A DNA stretch of 30,486 bases from Acidobacteriota bacterium (GCA_036507075.1 DASXQR010000178.1:1-30486), one strand, 5' to 3'. Shown: positions 16,131 through 24,954, counted from the stretch's first letter. Translations and numbers: made by a program. The notes: a model not told the origin generated them from the letters alone.

Positions 16131-17861
16131 TCACTGATCAGGGGAGTGGACGCGAATTACGTACTGGTAGTGCTTCTTTTTCTTTTTATCTTTCTTTTTT
16201 TCTCCGTCACGCTCTTCGCGCTTTCCCTTGTCATCATCTTCGTCCAGCTCGCTTTGCTTCTTTCCCCGGCCCCACTGGCTTGGCGCCTGAGGCGTTATGG
16301 TGAGAATTTGATTGGGCCGGGAAACAGAGACAGACGGAGCGGTGAGGTTCTCTGCAGCCCGCGTTGATTCGTTTCCGGAGGCGGAAATGTGCGCGTCCCT
16401 CCAGTCCGGGAGAAGCTCGGCGGCGCGCTGAAATGACAGCGCGGCGGATCTGTACTTCCCTTCCACGCGGTGAATATGACCTTCTGTATAAAAGAATTTA
16501 GCCAGAGTATTGTTGTGGTTCGAACCGAGTTTATAAGCTTTGAAGAAGTAGTCGTTGGCTCTCCTCCAGTCAGCGGTTTTGACGGCGCCGCCGCTGCGGT
16601 AAGCGGAAATCACCAGGTCTGCATTGTTGATCAGCTTTTCGATCAGTCGATGCCTCAGACCAAACGTGCTCAAGCCGACAAAGCTCCGATTTGTCAGGCC
16701 CTGATATTCTTTCCACGCCTGATCGACATCCATCTGCCGATTCTCCAGAAGCTTGCTGGTCTTGGTGGCATCGCCCCACACCAGGGCTTCATGCGTCAAC
16801 CCGAACACGACGGCGATTACAAAAAAGATTACAAACGCCACCAGCGTGTGCCTGAGAGGCTTCTGACGAGGACCCGGATAATAAGCCCGCAAGGCGCGCG
16901 CCGCAAAATCCCTGGCAATCTGCCTGACCGGACGCGCAGCGGTTGCCGCGCGTCTTTGGTAAGTGCGACGGGTAGCCTCGTCGATAATGGCACGCTCTGA
17001 TTCGGCACGCGTGGGCTGGCCTGATACGAAAGCTTCCAGATCCTGCCTGAATTCTTTGGCGGTCTGATAGCGAAGCGATTCATCGGGGGCGAGCGCCTTC
17101 ATGATGATCCGCCTCACAGGCTCGGGACAACCCGGCGGCAGCGGTTCGGGAGACTTACCCGAGCAGATTACCTCTTCCAGTCTGAGCGTAGTTGCGATCT
17201 GGAAGGGCTGGCGTCCGCTTATCATCTCGTAAAGAATCACTCCCAGCGACCACAGATCGCTGCCCTGCGTCACTAGTCCCGTTTCCAATCGCTCGGGAGA
17301 AGAGTAGGGAACGCTGCCATACTCGTTTCGCGTCAACTGGCGGGAGAGTGAAAGCGCCTTGGCAATGCCGAAATCCAGCAGACGTACTTTGCCGGCAGAA
17401 TCGAGGCGGATGTTCTTGGGTTTGATGTCGCCGTGCACAATCCCGAGATATTCTTTGTCTTCCAACACCGTGACAAAAGAGTGCGCCTGGTGCAGCGCGT
17501 CGCACACACCGATGGCAATGGGGATGGCCCTGTCCACCGGCAGAGCGCCTTCGCGCAGCAATTCGGCGAGATCCTGGCCTTCGACGTATTCCATGTCGAC
17601 GTAAAAGTGCCCCTCCATCTCGCCAAACGAATGAATCCCGGCCACGGCCGGATCCACTTCACACAGTCTGGATTGCAGGGCCGCGCCTCTGCGCTCTGCT
17701 TCAATCGATTCCCGAATGTCAGGGTCGGAACTGAACTCGATCAGCTTGAGCGCTACCTTGTGTTCCGCCTGGCGATCATAGGCCAAATAGACATCCGCCA
17801 TCCCGCCACGTCCCAGCTTTTCCAGGATGTCGAAATCTCCGATGACTCGAAGTAAACCCAT
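16131..17861 (-). CDS. Membrane-anchored Hanks-type Ser/Thr protein kinase with TPR-like C-terminal region
   Basis: LGRGGMADVY, VALK, HGDIKPKN, DFG, YSSPE, DLWSLG; one TM segment (LVAFVIFFVIAVVFGL); TPR-like helices; charged low-complexity tail. Confidence 0.95.
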   Translation of the reverse strand: MGLLRVIGDFDILEKLGRGGMADVYLAYDRQAEHKVALKLIEFSSDPDIRESIEAERRGAALQSRLCEVDPAVAGIHSFGEMEGHFYVDMEYVEGQDLAELLREGALPVDRAIPIAIGVCDALHQAHSFVTVLEDKEYLGIVHGDIKPKNIRLDSAGKVRLLDFGIAKALSLSRQLTRNEYGSVPYSSPERLETGLVTQGSDLWSLGVILYEMISGRQPFQIATTLRLEEVICSGKSPEPLPPGCPEPVRRIIMKALAPDESLRYQTAKEFRQDLEAFVSGQPTRAESERAIIDEATRRTYQRRAATAARPVRQIARDFAARALRAYYPGPRQKPLRHTLVAFVIFFVIAVVFGLTHEALVWGDATKTSKLLENRQMDVDQAWKEYQGLTNRSFVGLSTFGLRHRLIEKLINNADLVISAYRSGGAVKTADWRRANDYFFKAYKLGSNHNNTLAKFFYTEGHIHRVEGKYRSAALSFQRAAELLPDWRDAHISASGNESTRAAENLTAPSVSVSRPNQILTITPQAPSQWGRGKKQSELDEDDDKGKREERDGEKKKDKKKKKHYQYVIRVHSPDQ

Positions 17862-18036
17862 ATCCACCCATCGGGGGGCGATTGAAACAAATCCAGGCAG
17901 CTACCGGTAACTGCCCCGACAAACGCCCCTGGAAAGATTTAATCATGGAAAATATTTTTGCCCGCGACTGGAGCCGGGTACAAAAGTGAAGGCTTGATTT
18001 CAGAGAGGTTATGTGGGGGTTTAGCACGTGGGGGTC

Positions 18037-18124
18037 GAGCACGAATTTGCACGAAGTTTCACGAATTTCACGAAATCATTTAAAGGATTCGTGAAATTCG
18101 TGTCATTCGTGCAAATTCGTGCTC
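18037..18124. repeat. CACGAATTT-family inverted tandem-repeat element
   Basis: 19-bp perfect outer arms GAGCACGAATTTGCACGAA / TTCGTGCAAATTCGTGCTC. Confidence 0.9.
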
Positions 18125-18141
18125 AACACATAAACTTCAAA

Positions 18142-19815
18142 CTAGGAAATGCGCCAACCGCGATCTGATGCCATCAGGGCAACACATCGCTCCGCCAGCG
18201 CCGTGATTGTGAGCAATGGATTAATGCCCAGCGGCCGCGGGATGACCGAGCCGTCGCAGACATACAGATTGTCGTAGACATCATTCCCCCGGACCGATGA
18301 AAACACCTGACCTTTATGGTTGACTGCTCCCTGCTCCGCGTTCTCACCCAGCGGACAACCTCCCAGCGGATGCACTGAAATCAGAGACTGGTGATTCAAT
18401 TCATTCCAGAGCGGATCCTGCACATAGATGCCCCCTAATGGCTGTGCCGTTTGCTTCAGTTGATTGTCGATGTGCCGGAATACAGGCTGCGACGCGACTC
18501 CCGGCCATTGGATTCTCACTCGATCGTTTTCAAGAATCAGGCGACCGCCGGCGTCATCGTGGCCCATCACAAGATAAGTCTGGGTATTCTTAATCGCGCC
18601 CGCGTACGGCCCCTCCAGCAGGCTCTCCAGCTCGCGTGTCGCCTTCCGGAAGTCGCCGTTCGGGTGCGCGCCACAAACCGCCGCGCTTGCAGCCAGGGCG
18701 TGAGGAATCAACGCTCCCAGCGCTCCCGGAATTGATCCTTCCTCAATCACAATGCCGTCTTCGAGTTTTGGCCGGCCTCGCAGATCGATGATCCCTGTGA
18801 TGCACGGGCCGACCGGCTCGCGTCCCTGAGGCGAGCGATGCCCGAAGCCGACTCCGCCGATCGTCTCCTCCCCGTTGTAGCTGAAAGCAAGCACGTCGCC
18901 GTTTCCGCTGAACCGATGTCCGATCTTGTCGGAGAGAGGTAATCCCGCCCTCCGGCAGCGAAGCAGAATCTCTGTAGAACCAAGCGTTCCAGCCGACAGC
19001 ACCACCAGGTCGGCTGCCACAAAAAGCTCAGGAGCATCGCAAAACTGGCGGGCAGCGTCCAGCAACTGATAGTAGACCAGCCACCTCCCATTCTCTTTCT
19101 CCAGACGGCGCACCCCTGTTTCCGTGAAAATTTCCGCTCCGTGGTTCCGCGCGTCGGGAAGATAATTCATCAGTACGGTATTTTTTGCTCCGTGATTACA
19201 GCCTGTCACGCAGTCTCCACAAAGCACACAGGCCTGCTGGAGCACTCCAGCGGCATTTACGTTTTGTTTGAAAGTGATGTTGAGCGGCGGCCGATAGAAG
19301 GTTTCATCCTGACAGGCGGCTGACTTCTCCAGGGCTTTAAGTTTATTAAGAGGAGGCGAATCGTCCGGGTAAGGCGCCGGCTGGAGCATCTCTTCGGCGC
19401 GGCGATAAGCTTCACGCAGAACGCTGTTGCGATCGCGGCGCAGCTCTGCAGGCCAGCAGCAATCGTCAAAGACGCGGGGATCGGGAGGCAGCGAGACGTT
19501 GGCATTTATCAGCGAACCTCCGCCCAGACCGCAGCCGAGAAACACATTGAGGTCAGGATTTGCGCGAAAATCGTAAAGAGCGGTCGGCGATCCGAAACAA
19601 CCGTGCGGCGCGTCAAGCTGTGTTTCACGCAAAACCTCCGCTCCCGTGTTCGGATATTCGCCGGGCTGCAATTCCTTTCCCCGCTCCAGCACGCAAACCT
19701 TCCGACCGGCGCGCGCAAGTCTACACGCCGCCACAGCTCCTCCATATCCGGAGCCGATAATCACAACCTGATAGTGATTTTTGATGCTTGACGCCGGGAG
19801 AGAAAGGCGAATCAT
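18142..19815 (-). CDS. GMC family oxidoreductase, cholesterol-oxidase-like
   Basis: IIGSGYGG FAD motif, GLGGGSLINANV, CVLCGDCVTGCN, LSAGTLGSTEILLR, VHPLGG, NPLLTITALAER. Confidence 0.93.
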   Translation of the reverse strand: MIRLSLPASSIKNHYQVVIIGSGYGGAVAACRLARAGRKVCVLERGKELQPGEYPNTGAEVLRETQLDAPHGCFGSPTALYDFRANPDLNVFLGCGLGGGSLINANVSLPPDPRVFDDCCWPAELRRDRNSVLREAYRRAEEMLQPAPYPDDSPPLNKLKALEKSAACQDETFYRPPLNITFKQNVNAAGVLQQACVLCGDCVTGCNHGAKNTVLMNYLPDARNHGAEIFTETGVRRLEKENGRWLVYYQLLDAARQFCDAPELFVAADLVVLSAGTLGSTEILLRCRRAGLPLSDKIGHRFSGNGDVLAFSYNGEETIGGVGFGHRSPQGREPVGPCITGIIDLRGRPKLEDGIVIEEGSIPGALGALIPHALAASAAVCGAHPNGDFRKATRELESLLEGPYAGAIKNTQTYLVMGHDDAGGRLILENDRVRIQWPGVASQPVFRHIDNQLKQTAQPLGGIYVQDPLWNELNHQSLISVHPLGGCPLGENAEQGAVNHKGQVFSSVRGNDVYDNLYVCDGSVIPRPLGINPLLTITALAERCVALMASDRGWRIS

Positions 19816-20001
19816 GACTGCTCGTGGACAACAAAGATTGGAAAGGGAGTGCGAGCCTGGCGGAAACAGCGCCGGCTTCCGATGCCCGCCCTGGCGCGGA
19901 GGGCGAGCCGATTCCCTTTCTCAGAAGCCGGGCATTCCGTTGCTCTGTCGAGCCAGTCCGCCATGAGAGCCAAGCTGAAAGGCGGGCCCGAAAGCTTTCC
20001 T

Positions 20002-20163
20002 CTAGGGGCCTTTGGGCGGCGGCGGCGGCGGCGGCGGATCGCCTCCACAACAGACTTCGTCGTTCGTTTTAATCAGAACTTCCGGCTCGTCCATTGAGAA
20101 GTCGGAAAAGTACGGCATGGTTTCATAGGCAACCAGCATTGCAAGAAACAAAACGAAAGCCAT
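20002..20163 (-). CDS. Small putative secreted peptide, 53 aa (MAFVLFLAMLVAYETMPYFSDFSMDEPEVLIKTNDEVCCGGDPPPPPPPPKGP)
   Basis: Translated by hand (below the ORF-track cutoff); AGGGGGG RBS just upstream of the ATG; hydrophobic N-terminus, acidic middle, CC-GG-D-poly-Pro tail. Confidence 0.75.
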   Translation of the reverse strand: MAFVLFLAMLVAYETMPYFSDFSMDEPEVLIKTNDEVCCGGDPPPPPPPPKGP

Positions 20164-20364
20164 AGAGCCCCCCTAATGAGTGGGAATCCGCATTGCGGAG
20201 TTCACCGGTTGTGATTTGGACCTTAGCCTAAAGGGGGATCCAGTTGCGGCGTAAGCGTTATTGGTTTGTCCAAAACGAAACTTAAAAATTTATTGGCATA
20301 GACAGAATTGCTTGACTTTTTCAAAAACCTTGATTCGCGGCGGGTGTCGGGACTAGTCTTGCCA

Positions 20365-21105
20365 ATGCATTTCACCCAGATTACTCTCTGGATTTCCGCT
20401 TCGGCGCTGCATTTATTGATCTTCTTCCGTGGAATGCATGAGCGAGCGCTCACACGCTACAAGGCCTTTTATGTGTATATCGGCTTTGTGAGCGCGATTT
20501 CGTTGATGCGGATCTGCATTTTCTGGAAATATGGCTGGTACTCACCACATTACTACTACGCATACCACCTGCCGAACCTCCTGATGCCGATTTTTCAATT
20601 ACTGGTTTTGTTGGATTTATACGGACGATTTATTGGCTATTCCAAAATCTCTTGGAAAAAGAGAGTCAAATTCATTACCGTTGCGACATTGATGGCGGCG
20701 CCCGTGGCCTGGAAGGTGTTTACGGTTACAAGCTTCAGCTTCTTCTGGAGGTATGACACCTTTATGCTGCTGCTTCAGGTGGCAGCCTGTTTGATGGTCT
20801 GGCACGCATTTGCCGCCCGGCGTGACACCGACTTCGGGCGCAATCTGAAGGGCATTATGGTTGGAATTGCTTCGCTGCTCGCATTCCAGGCACTGAATTT
20901 TGCGACTTTGATTTTGGGGGGAGGAACTTACCTGGTCTTCATGTTTTTGACTCAGTTCATATACTTCCTTGCCCTGGCGGTGTTTGCCTATACGCTATGG
21001 ACTTTCGACCCGGTGCGAACCCTCGAGCCTGTCGATGAACAGCGATTTGACAAGATCAACCAGGATCTTCAGCAGGCTGTGAAGACATTCCTTACATCCC
21101 GATGA
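20365..21105 (+). CDS. Seven-TM integral membrane protein of unknown function
   Basis: Seven hydrophobic segments by eye, Tyr-rich loops (RYKAFYVY, HYYYAY), short C-terminal helix; ATG 20365 preferred over TTG 20308. Confidence 0.85.
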   Translation: MHFTQITLWISASALHLLIFFRGMHERALTRYKAFYVYIGFVSAISLMRICIFWKYGWYSPHYYYAYHLPNLLMPIFQLLVLLDLYGRFIGYSKISWKKRVKFITVATLMAAPVAWKVFTVTSFSFFWRYDTFMLLLQVAACLMVWHAFAARRDTDFGRNLKGIMVGIASLLAFQALNFATLILGGGTYLVFMFLTQFIYFLALAVFAYTLWTFDPVRTLEPVDEQRFDKINQDLQQAVKTFLTSR

Positions 21106-21506
21106 TTTACGCCTATGTAGTGGCATTGTCGCTGCTGCTGATCGCCTGCACTTTCTATTTCCAAATTTCATCGTTACGCTGGGATGAAAATGAAAGAAGG
21201 CGTCTTGAGCAGGTAGAGCTCCGTCTGGCTCATGTTCTTCGTCTGCAGGAAGCGCCCGACGTGCGCATGATGTTGCTGGATCCAAAAACCCGCCAGTCGC
21301 TATTCCTGGATTTTTCGGATCAGCTCAGGCGGGATATTCTGGACCTGTGGAAATTACGCGCGCTGAAATGGAAATCACTGATATTTGTGGCGCTGTTTTT
21401 TGCAGGTTACTATCTGATGCGGCTGAAATCCAACCTGTTTTGCAGCCCGAACGATCTAAGATTCCTCTCCGGCCTGGAACTGGCGCTGGTACGCACGCTC
21501 GACTGA
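21102..21506 (+). CDS. Small membrane protein coupled to the 7-TM gene
   Basis: ATGA start/stop overlap; N-terminal TM, charged helical middle, second hydrophobic segment. Confidence 0.82.
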   Translation: MIYAYVVALSLLLIACTFYFQISSLRWDENERRRLEQVELRLAHVLRLQEAPDVRMMLLDPKTRQSLFLDFSDQLRRDILDLWKLRALKWKSLIFVALFFAGYYLMRLKSNLFCSPNDLRFLSGLELALVRTLD

Positions 21507-21515
21507 AAGTTCGCG

Positions 21516-21547
21516 GGCAACTTCTTGTTTTTTCGACAAACTTTTCA
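21516..21547 (-). repeat. Dispersed AT-rich motif, copy 2
   Basis: Reverse complement TGAAAAGTTTGTCGAAAAAACAAGAAGTTGCC aligns with 27-59. Confidence 0.75.
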
Positions 21548-21560
21548 GAAGACAAGACCG

Positions 21561-21725
21561 CTCACGTCAACGTCGACGTTTATCGTCTACGGCCACGTGC
21601 ACGTCAATGTTCACGAAGCACGTCCGAATGCTGCTTGACAGAACTTTCCCGGAGGCAAAAAGCGATTGCTTGTCGTGAGCGTGGACGTACTCGTTGACGT
21701 CTATCGTTGACGTGCACGTGGCCGT
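21561..21725. repeat. CACGTC/GACGTG hexamer-based inverted repeat element
   Basis: Perfect 19-bp IR ACGGCCACGTGCACGTCAA (21589-21607) / 21707-21725 within 6-nt-periodic arms; lies between convergent genes. Confidence 0.85.
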
Positions 21726-21820
21726 CCTCGGCTTTTTTGGTTGGGGCCCTACAGGCGGACTGTGCCTCGGCGGTGAGTGCAACGTGGTAATCCCGGCTAT
21801 TCGAGAGTAGGCACGCGCGG

Positions 21821-22396
21821 TTAGCGTGCGAAGAGATGTGACCAGATAATCAAGTATTGCTCGACCAGGCGTGAAAGGTACGGCGGACAACTGCTCACTT
21901 TCAGGAAGAAGTGATATGAACAGTCGCCGTTCCGCCTTTCAAACCAGCACCCCCCCTCATACCTCCGCCCGCTCTCGGTATAAAGCACCAGTCGATCCAG
22001 CAAAAAGTCGCTCAGATTCTGGTGCAGTTGCACCTCGCATTTTCCCTTCCGAACCGACATCAGGACCGCTCCTTCGGCGCCGCTCAGTGAAATGATTTCG
22101 TTGACACGGAATTCCTGTATTCGGCGGATGTAACCGGAATGCCGCAGCACATCGGCTCCAATGTTTTCCACCGGCCACACTTCGCTGATGTCAGCCTCCA
22201 GCACGCCGAGAATTCGAAACAGATTGTCCAGGTTGATGTTGTAATAGCCGTTCTCCATGCAGGCGTACGAACCGAGAGGAATCCCCGCCCGTGTGGCCAA
22301 TTCCTGCATCTTGATTTTCTTGTTGACCCTCAATTCCCGTACTTTTCTGCTGACGAAACTGTTGATAGTCCTTTTTTCGTCTGTCGGATTTCCCAT
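21821..22396 (-). CDS. XRE-family helix-turn-helix transcriptional regulator with unknown C-terminal domain
   Basis: KVRELRVNKKIKMQELATRAGIPLGSYACMENGYYNINLDNLFRILGVL; GGGAGAG RBS before ATG 22396. Confidence 0.9.
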   Translation of the reverse strand: MGNPTDEKRTINSFVSRKVRELRVNKKIKMQELATRAGIPLGSYACMENGYYNINLDNLFRILGVLEADISEVWPVENIGADVLRHSGYIRRIQEFRVNEIISLSGAEGAVLMSVRKGKCEVQLHQNLSDFLLDRLVLYTESGRRYEGGCWFERRNGDCSYHFFLKVSSCPPYLSRLVEQYLIIWSHLFAR

Positions 22397-22526
22397 GTTT
22401 CTCTCCCGGTTTGGCTGAAGCAACGCTCTTGGAGAACTGGCGATCTCAATATTGCTGGAATATTTTGGCCCGGTCGCTCAGTTGCGCTAAATGATAAGGG
22501 AAACTTAGAAGTTTTACCAAGAACTA

Positions 22527-22846
22527 TTCCAATGCGGATTTCGGAATGCGGACTGTGGAATGAAAGGCTGTCGGCAGTCAGTGGTCAGTTGTCCGTTGTC
22601 AGTGGTCCATTGTCCGTTTTTGGTGGTCGGTGGTGGGTGTTCCGTTGCGAGTAGTTTGGTATGTTTGTTCAGCGGTCCGAGTTCGATTCCTAGAGCCTGT
22701 ATGCCTCAACGCAAGCACAACAGACCACCAAAAACGGACAACTAACCACTGACTACGGACAACGGACCACGGACTACGGACAACCTACTACTGACTACGG
22801 ACGGCCTTTCATTCCGCATTTCACATTCCGAAATCCGCATTTGGAA
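22527..22846. repeat. Nested inverted tandem-repeat element (outer GCGGAAT 7-mers, inner CAGTGGT/CCGTTGT 7-mers)
   Basis: Outer TTCCAATGCGGATTTCGGAATG / CATTCCGAAATCCGCATTTGGAA; inner perfect 19-bp IR 22610-22628 / 22723-22741; ~95-bp spacer. Confidence 0.9.
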
Positions 22847-22871
22847 GTCCGGCTCGCATATCCGGCATCGA

Positions 22872-24629
22872 TTACCTTCCGACTCCGGAGTGAATCAACT
22901 TCGAGATGGTCTGGATCAATTCGGCGGGATCGACCGGTTTGGCAAGGTGGACATGAAAACCGGCGGCTTTCGCCCTTCTCCGATCCTCTTCGCCGGCGTA
23001 CCCGGTCAGCGCCACCGCTGGGACATCGTTGCAGCCCGGGTGCTTCCTGATTTTCTCCAGCAGCATATATCCGTCCTCGCGTGGCATGGCAATGTCGAGA
23101 AGGACAACATCCGGGATGGATCGGTGCAGCGAGTCGGCGGCGGCGCTCGAGGTTCCTGCGGCCGTGACAGCCGCGCCGGCCTGCTCCAACAAGGTAGCCA
23201 GGACAGTCCGAGTTTCTGCCTCGTCGTCGGCAAGCAGAACCGTGACGCCGTTGAGGACTTTTCGCAAATCTGGGATCTCCGACGCGGCGAGCGGTCGCGC
23301 CGAGCTGAGCAATGGCAGAAGAATGATGAAGGCAGCCCCTCCACCGTTGCCGGCGCTTTCGGCCCGGACTGTGCCGTCGTGCAATTCCGCCAGTCGCCGC
23401 ACTACTGTCAGACCCAGGCGCAAACCTGCCAGCGCCCGAGAGGTTGCAGAGTCGGTTTGCCGAAAATAGTTGAAAAGGTGCGGCAGGGATTCGGTCGGAA
23501 CCCCGATATCGCTGCCCGCAATTCGAATCTCGGCTTCGGTGGCGGTCTTAGCAAGCGCAATCTGAATCTTGCCGTCCGCAGCCGAAAATTTGACTGCGCT
23601 GGAAAGAAGACTCTCAATCATCTGGCGCAGCCGCCGAGCGTCCCCCTGCACCGGCTCTACAAACCCGTCCACCTGCACTTCCAACCCGATTGACTTTGAT
23701 TCTGCCGCAGGTCGGACCGTCTCCAGGGCCTGATTGATGATAGCGGACAACTGAACCGTTTCCCGCTGCAACTGGACCTTCTCGCTCATCAAATCCGAAA
23801 CGTCGATCAGGTCCTGGATCAGTTGAGCCTGCAGTTTGGTGTTTCTCTCGATTACTTCAAGAGCTTTTGCTTTAGTCTCGGCGTCCAGTTGGCCGGTGCG
23901 CATGATGTGCACCCATCCGAGAATGGAATTCAGGGGTGTGCGGAGCTCATGCGACAAGACGGCAAGGAACTCGTCGTTCAGCCGGCTCGCTTCCTCAGCC
24001 TGGATACGCGCCGCCTGCTCCCGCTTTAAGTCCTTTTCCCGATCTTTTTCAACTTCATTCCTGGAGATGATCGCATCGCAGGCCAGAGCCGGGATACTGG
24101 CCAAATTACGGCCTGAAACCGACAGCCTCTGATGAAAGGCCGTATCGTTCCCCAGTGACGAAGAAAGCTCGGGATCCATTCGATCCAGCGCGGCGCGCAA
24201 ATGGTCCCTTTGCCTCGCGGAGCGAATAGTTTCCCGGATCGATCGATTTAGCTGATGCAGGTTGCCGGAGGCGACAATCCAATAGTTGTCGATCACGGGG
24301 GCTGCAGACAGGTCGCGCCGCAGCGCACCCATCCGATCTGCCTCCGCAATAAAGATCAGATGAGCCATGGAGGCGACCGTGGTCAGGTGTATCGCGGTGG
24401 CGAGCGGCTGTTTTACGTGCGGTCCAATGATAATAATTACCGGTTCCAGTGAAACCGAGATCAGGTCGTGCAGGCAAGCAACGCCTTCTTCCCCTTCCGG
24501 ACAGAGATAAACGTGAAAGTCCGCCTCCTGCCCCTGCCTGGAAATCTGCTCAAGCAACCGCGCGCCTTCTGCCGCGCTGTCGATCAGGAGAACGACCTGT
24601 TCCTTCATAAACCCGACGGCTTGGAACAC
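22872..24629 (-). CDS. Hybrid histidine kinase/response regulator with degenerate HATPase domain
   Basis: HisKA LSHELRTPLNSILG; C-terminal receiver (LADDE, LLDIAMP, AKP); N-terminal receiver-like domain; start GTG 24629 or ATG 24608. Confidence 0.92.
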   Translation of the reverse strand: MFQAVGFMKEQVVLLIDSAAEGARLLEQISRQGQEADFHVYLCPEGEEGVACLHDLISVSLEPVIIIIGPHVKQPLATAIHLTTVASMAHLIFIAEADRMGALRRDLSAAPVIDNYWIVASGNLHQLNRSIRETIRSARQRDHLRAALDRMDPELSSSLGNDTAFHQRLSVSGRNLASIPALACDAIISRNEVEKDREKDLKREQAARIQAEEASRLNDEFLAVLSHELRTPLNSILGWVHIMRTGQLDAETKAKALEVIERNTKLQAQLIQDLIDVSDLMSEKVQLQRETVQLSAIINQALETVRPAAESKSIGLEVQVDGFVEPVQGDARRLRQMIESLLSSAVKFSAADGKIQIALAKTATEAEIRIAGSDIGVPTESLPHLFNYFRQTDSATSRALAGLRLGLTVVRRLAELHDGTVRAESAGNGGGAAFIILLPLLSSARPLAASEIPDLRKVLNGVTVLLADDEAETRTVLATLLEQAGAAVTAAGTSSAAADSLHRSIPDVVLLDIAMPREDGYMLLEKIRKHPGCNDVPAVALTGYAGEEDRRRAKAAGFHVHLAKPVDPAELIQTISKLIHSGVGR

Positions 24630-24742
24630 CGCTCATTGTCACCAGCACCCCGGCGCACCGGACGGAGCGACGCGAGCAACACAAGCGAACGAAGGTAGAT
24701 TCCGTCCTTGTTATAAGGATAGCCTGGATGACAACTCTCATA

Positions 24743-24784
24743 GCGGTTGCGGGTTTGCGTTGCAGGTTTCGAGTTGCGGGTTCG
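24743..24784 (+). repeat. Single GGGTTGC-family repeat arm
   Basis: Same unit as 13005-13240; ends 2 nt before the ATG of the truncated antitoxin. Confidence 0.7.
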
Positions 24785-24786
24785 AA

Positions 24787-24954
24787 ATGAGGAGAAAGAA
24801 TCAGGTAGGGATCAAGGAGTTCAAAGACAGGGTCTCAGCCGTCATTAATACTGTTGTTAAGAGCACACGACCGGTGACGATTACAAGAAACAACCGGGAA
24901 GTGGTGAAGATTATCGCCTCAGAACCTGTCCCTGGCCCGACTTCGATGCCTTGA
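24787..24954 (+). pseudogene. Truncated Phd/YefM antitoxin paralogue
   Basis: First 46 aa are 36/46 identical to 28983-29264; similarity stops at ~24925; no toxin follows. Confidence 0.85.

Noticed and set aside
19812..20048. 78-aa poly-Arg ORF overlapping the GMC start by ATGA
   Set aside because: Alternative frame of the CCG run that encodes the peptide's poly-Pro; the 53-aa frame has the RBS and a coherent architecture. Not fully excluded.
20293..20312. Sigma54 promoter (TGGCA...TTGC) upstream of the 7-TM gene
   Set aside because: Spacing between TGGCA and TTGC is 9 nt rather than the required 6.
22670..22700. GTTCGATTCC tRNA T-loop-like motif
   Set aside because: Flanks do not form a T-stem and no cloverleaf or acceptor stem is visible.
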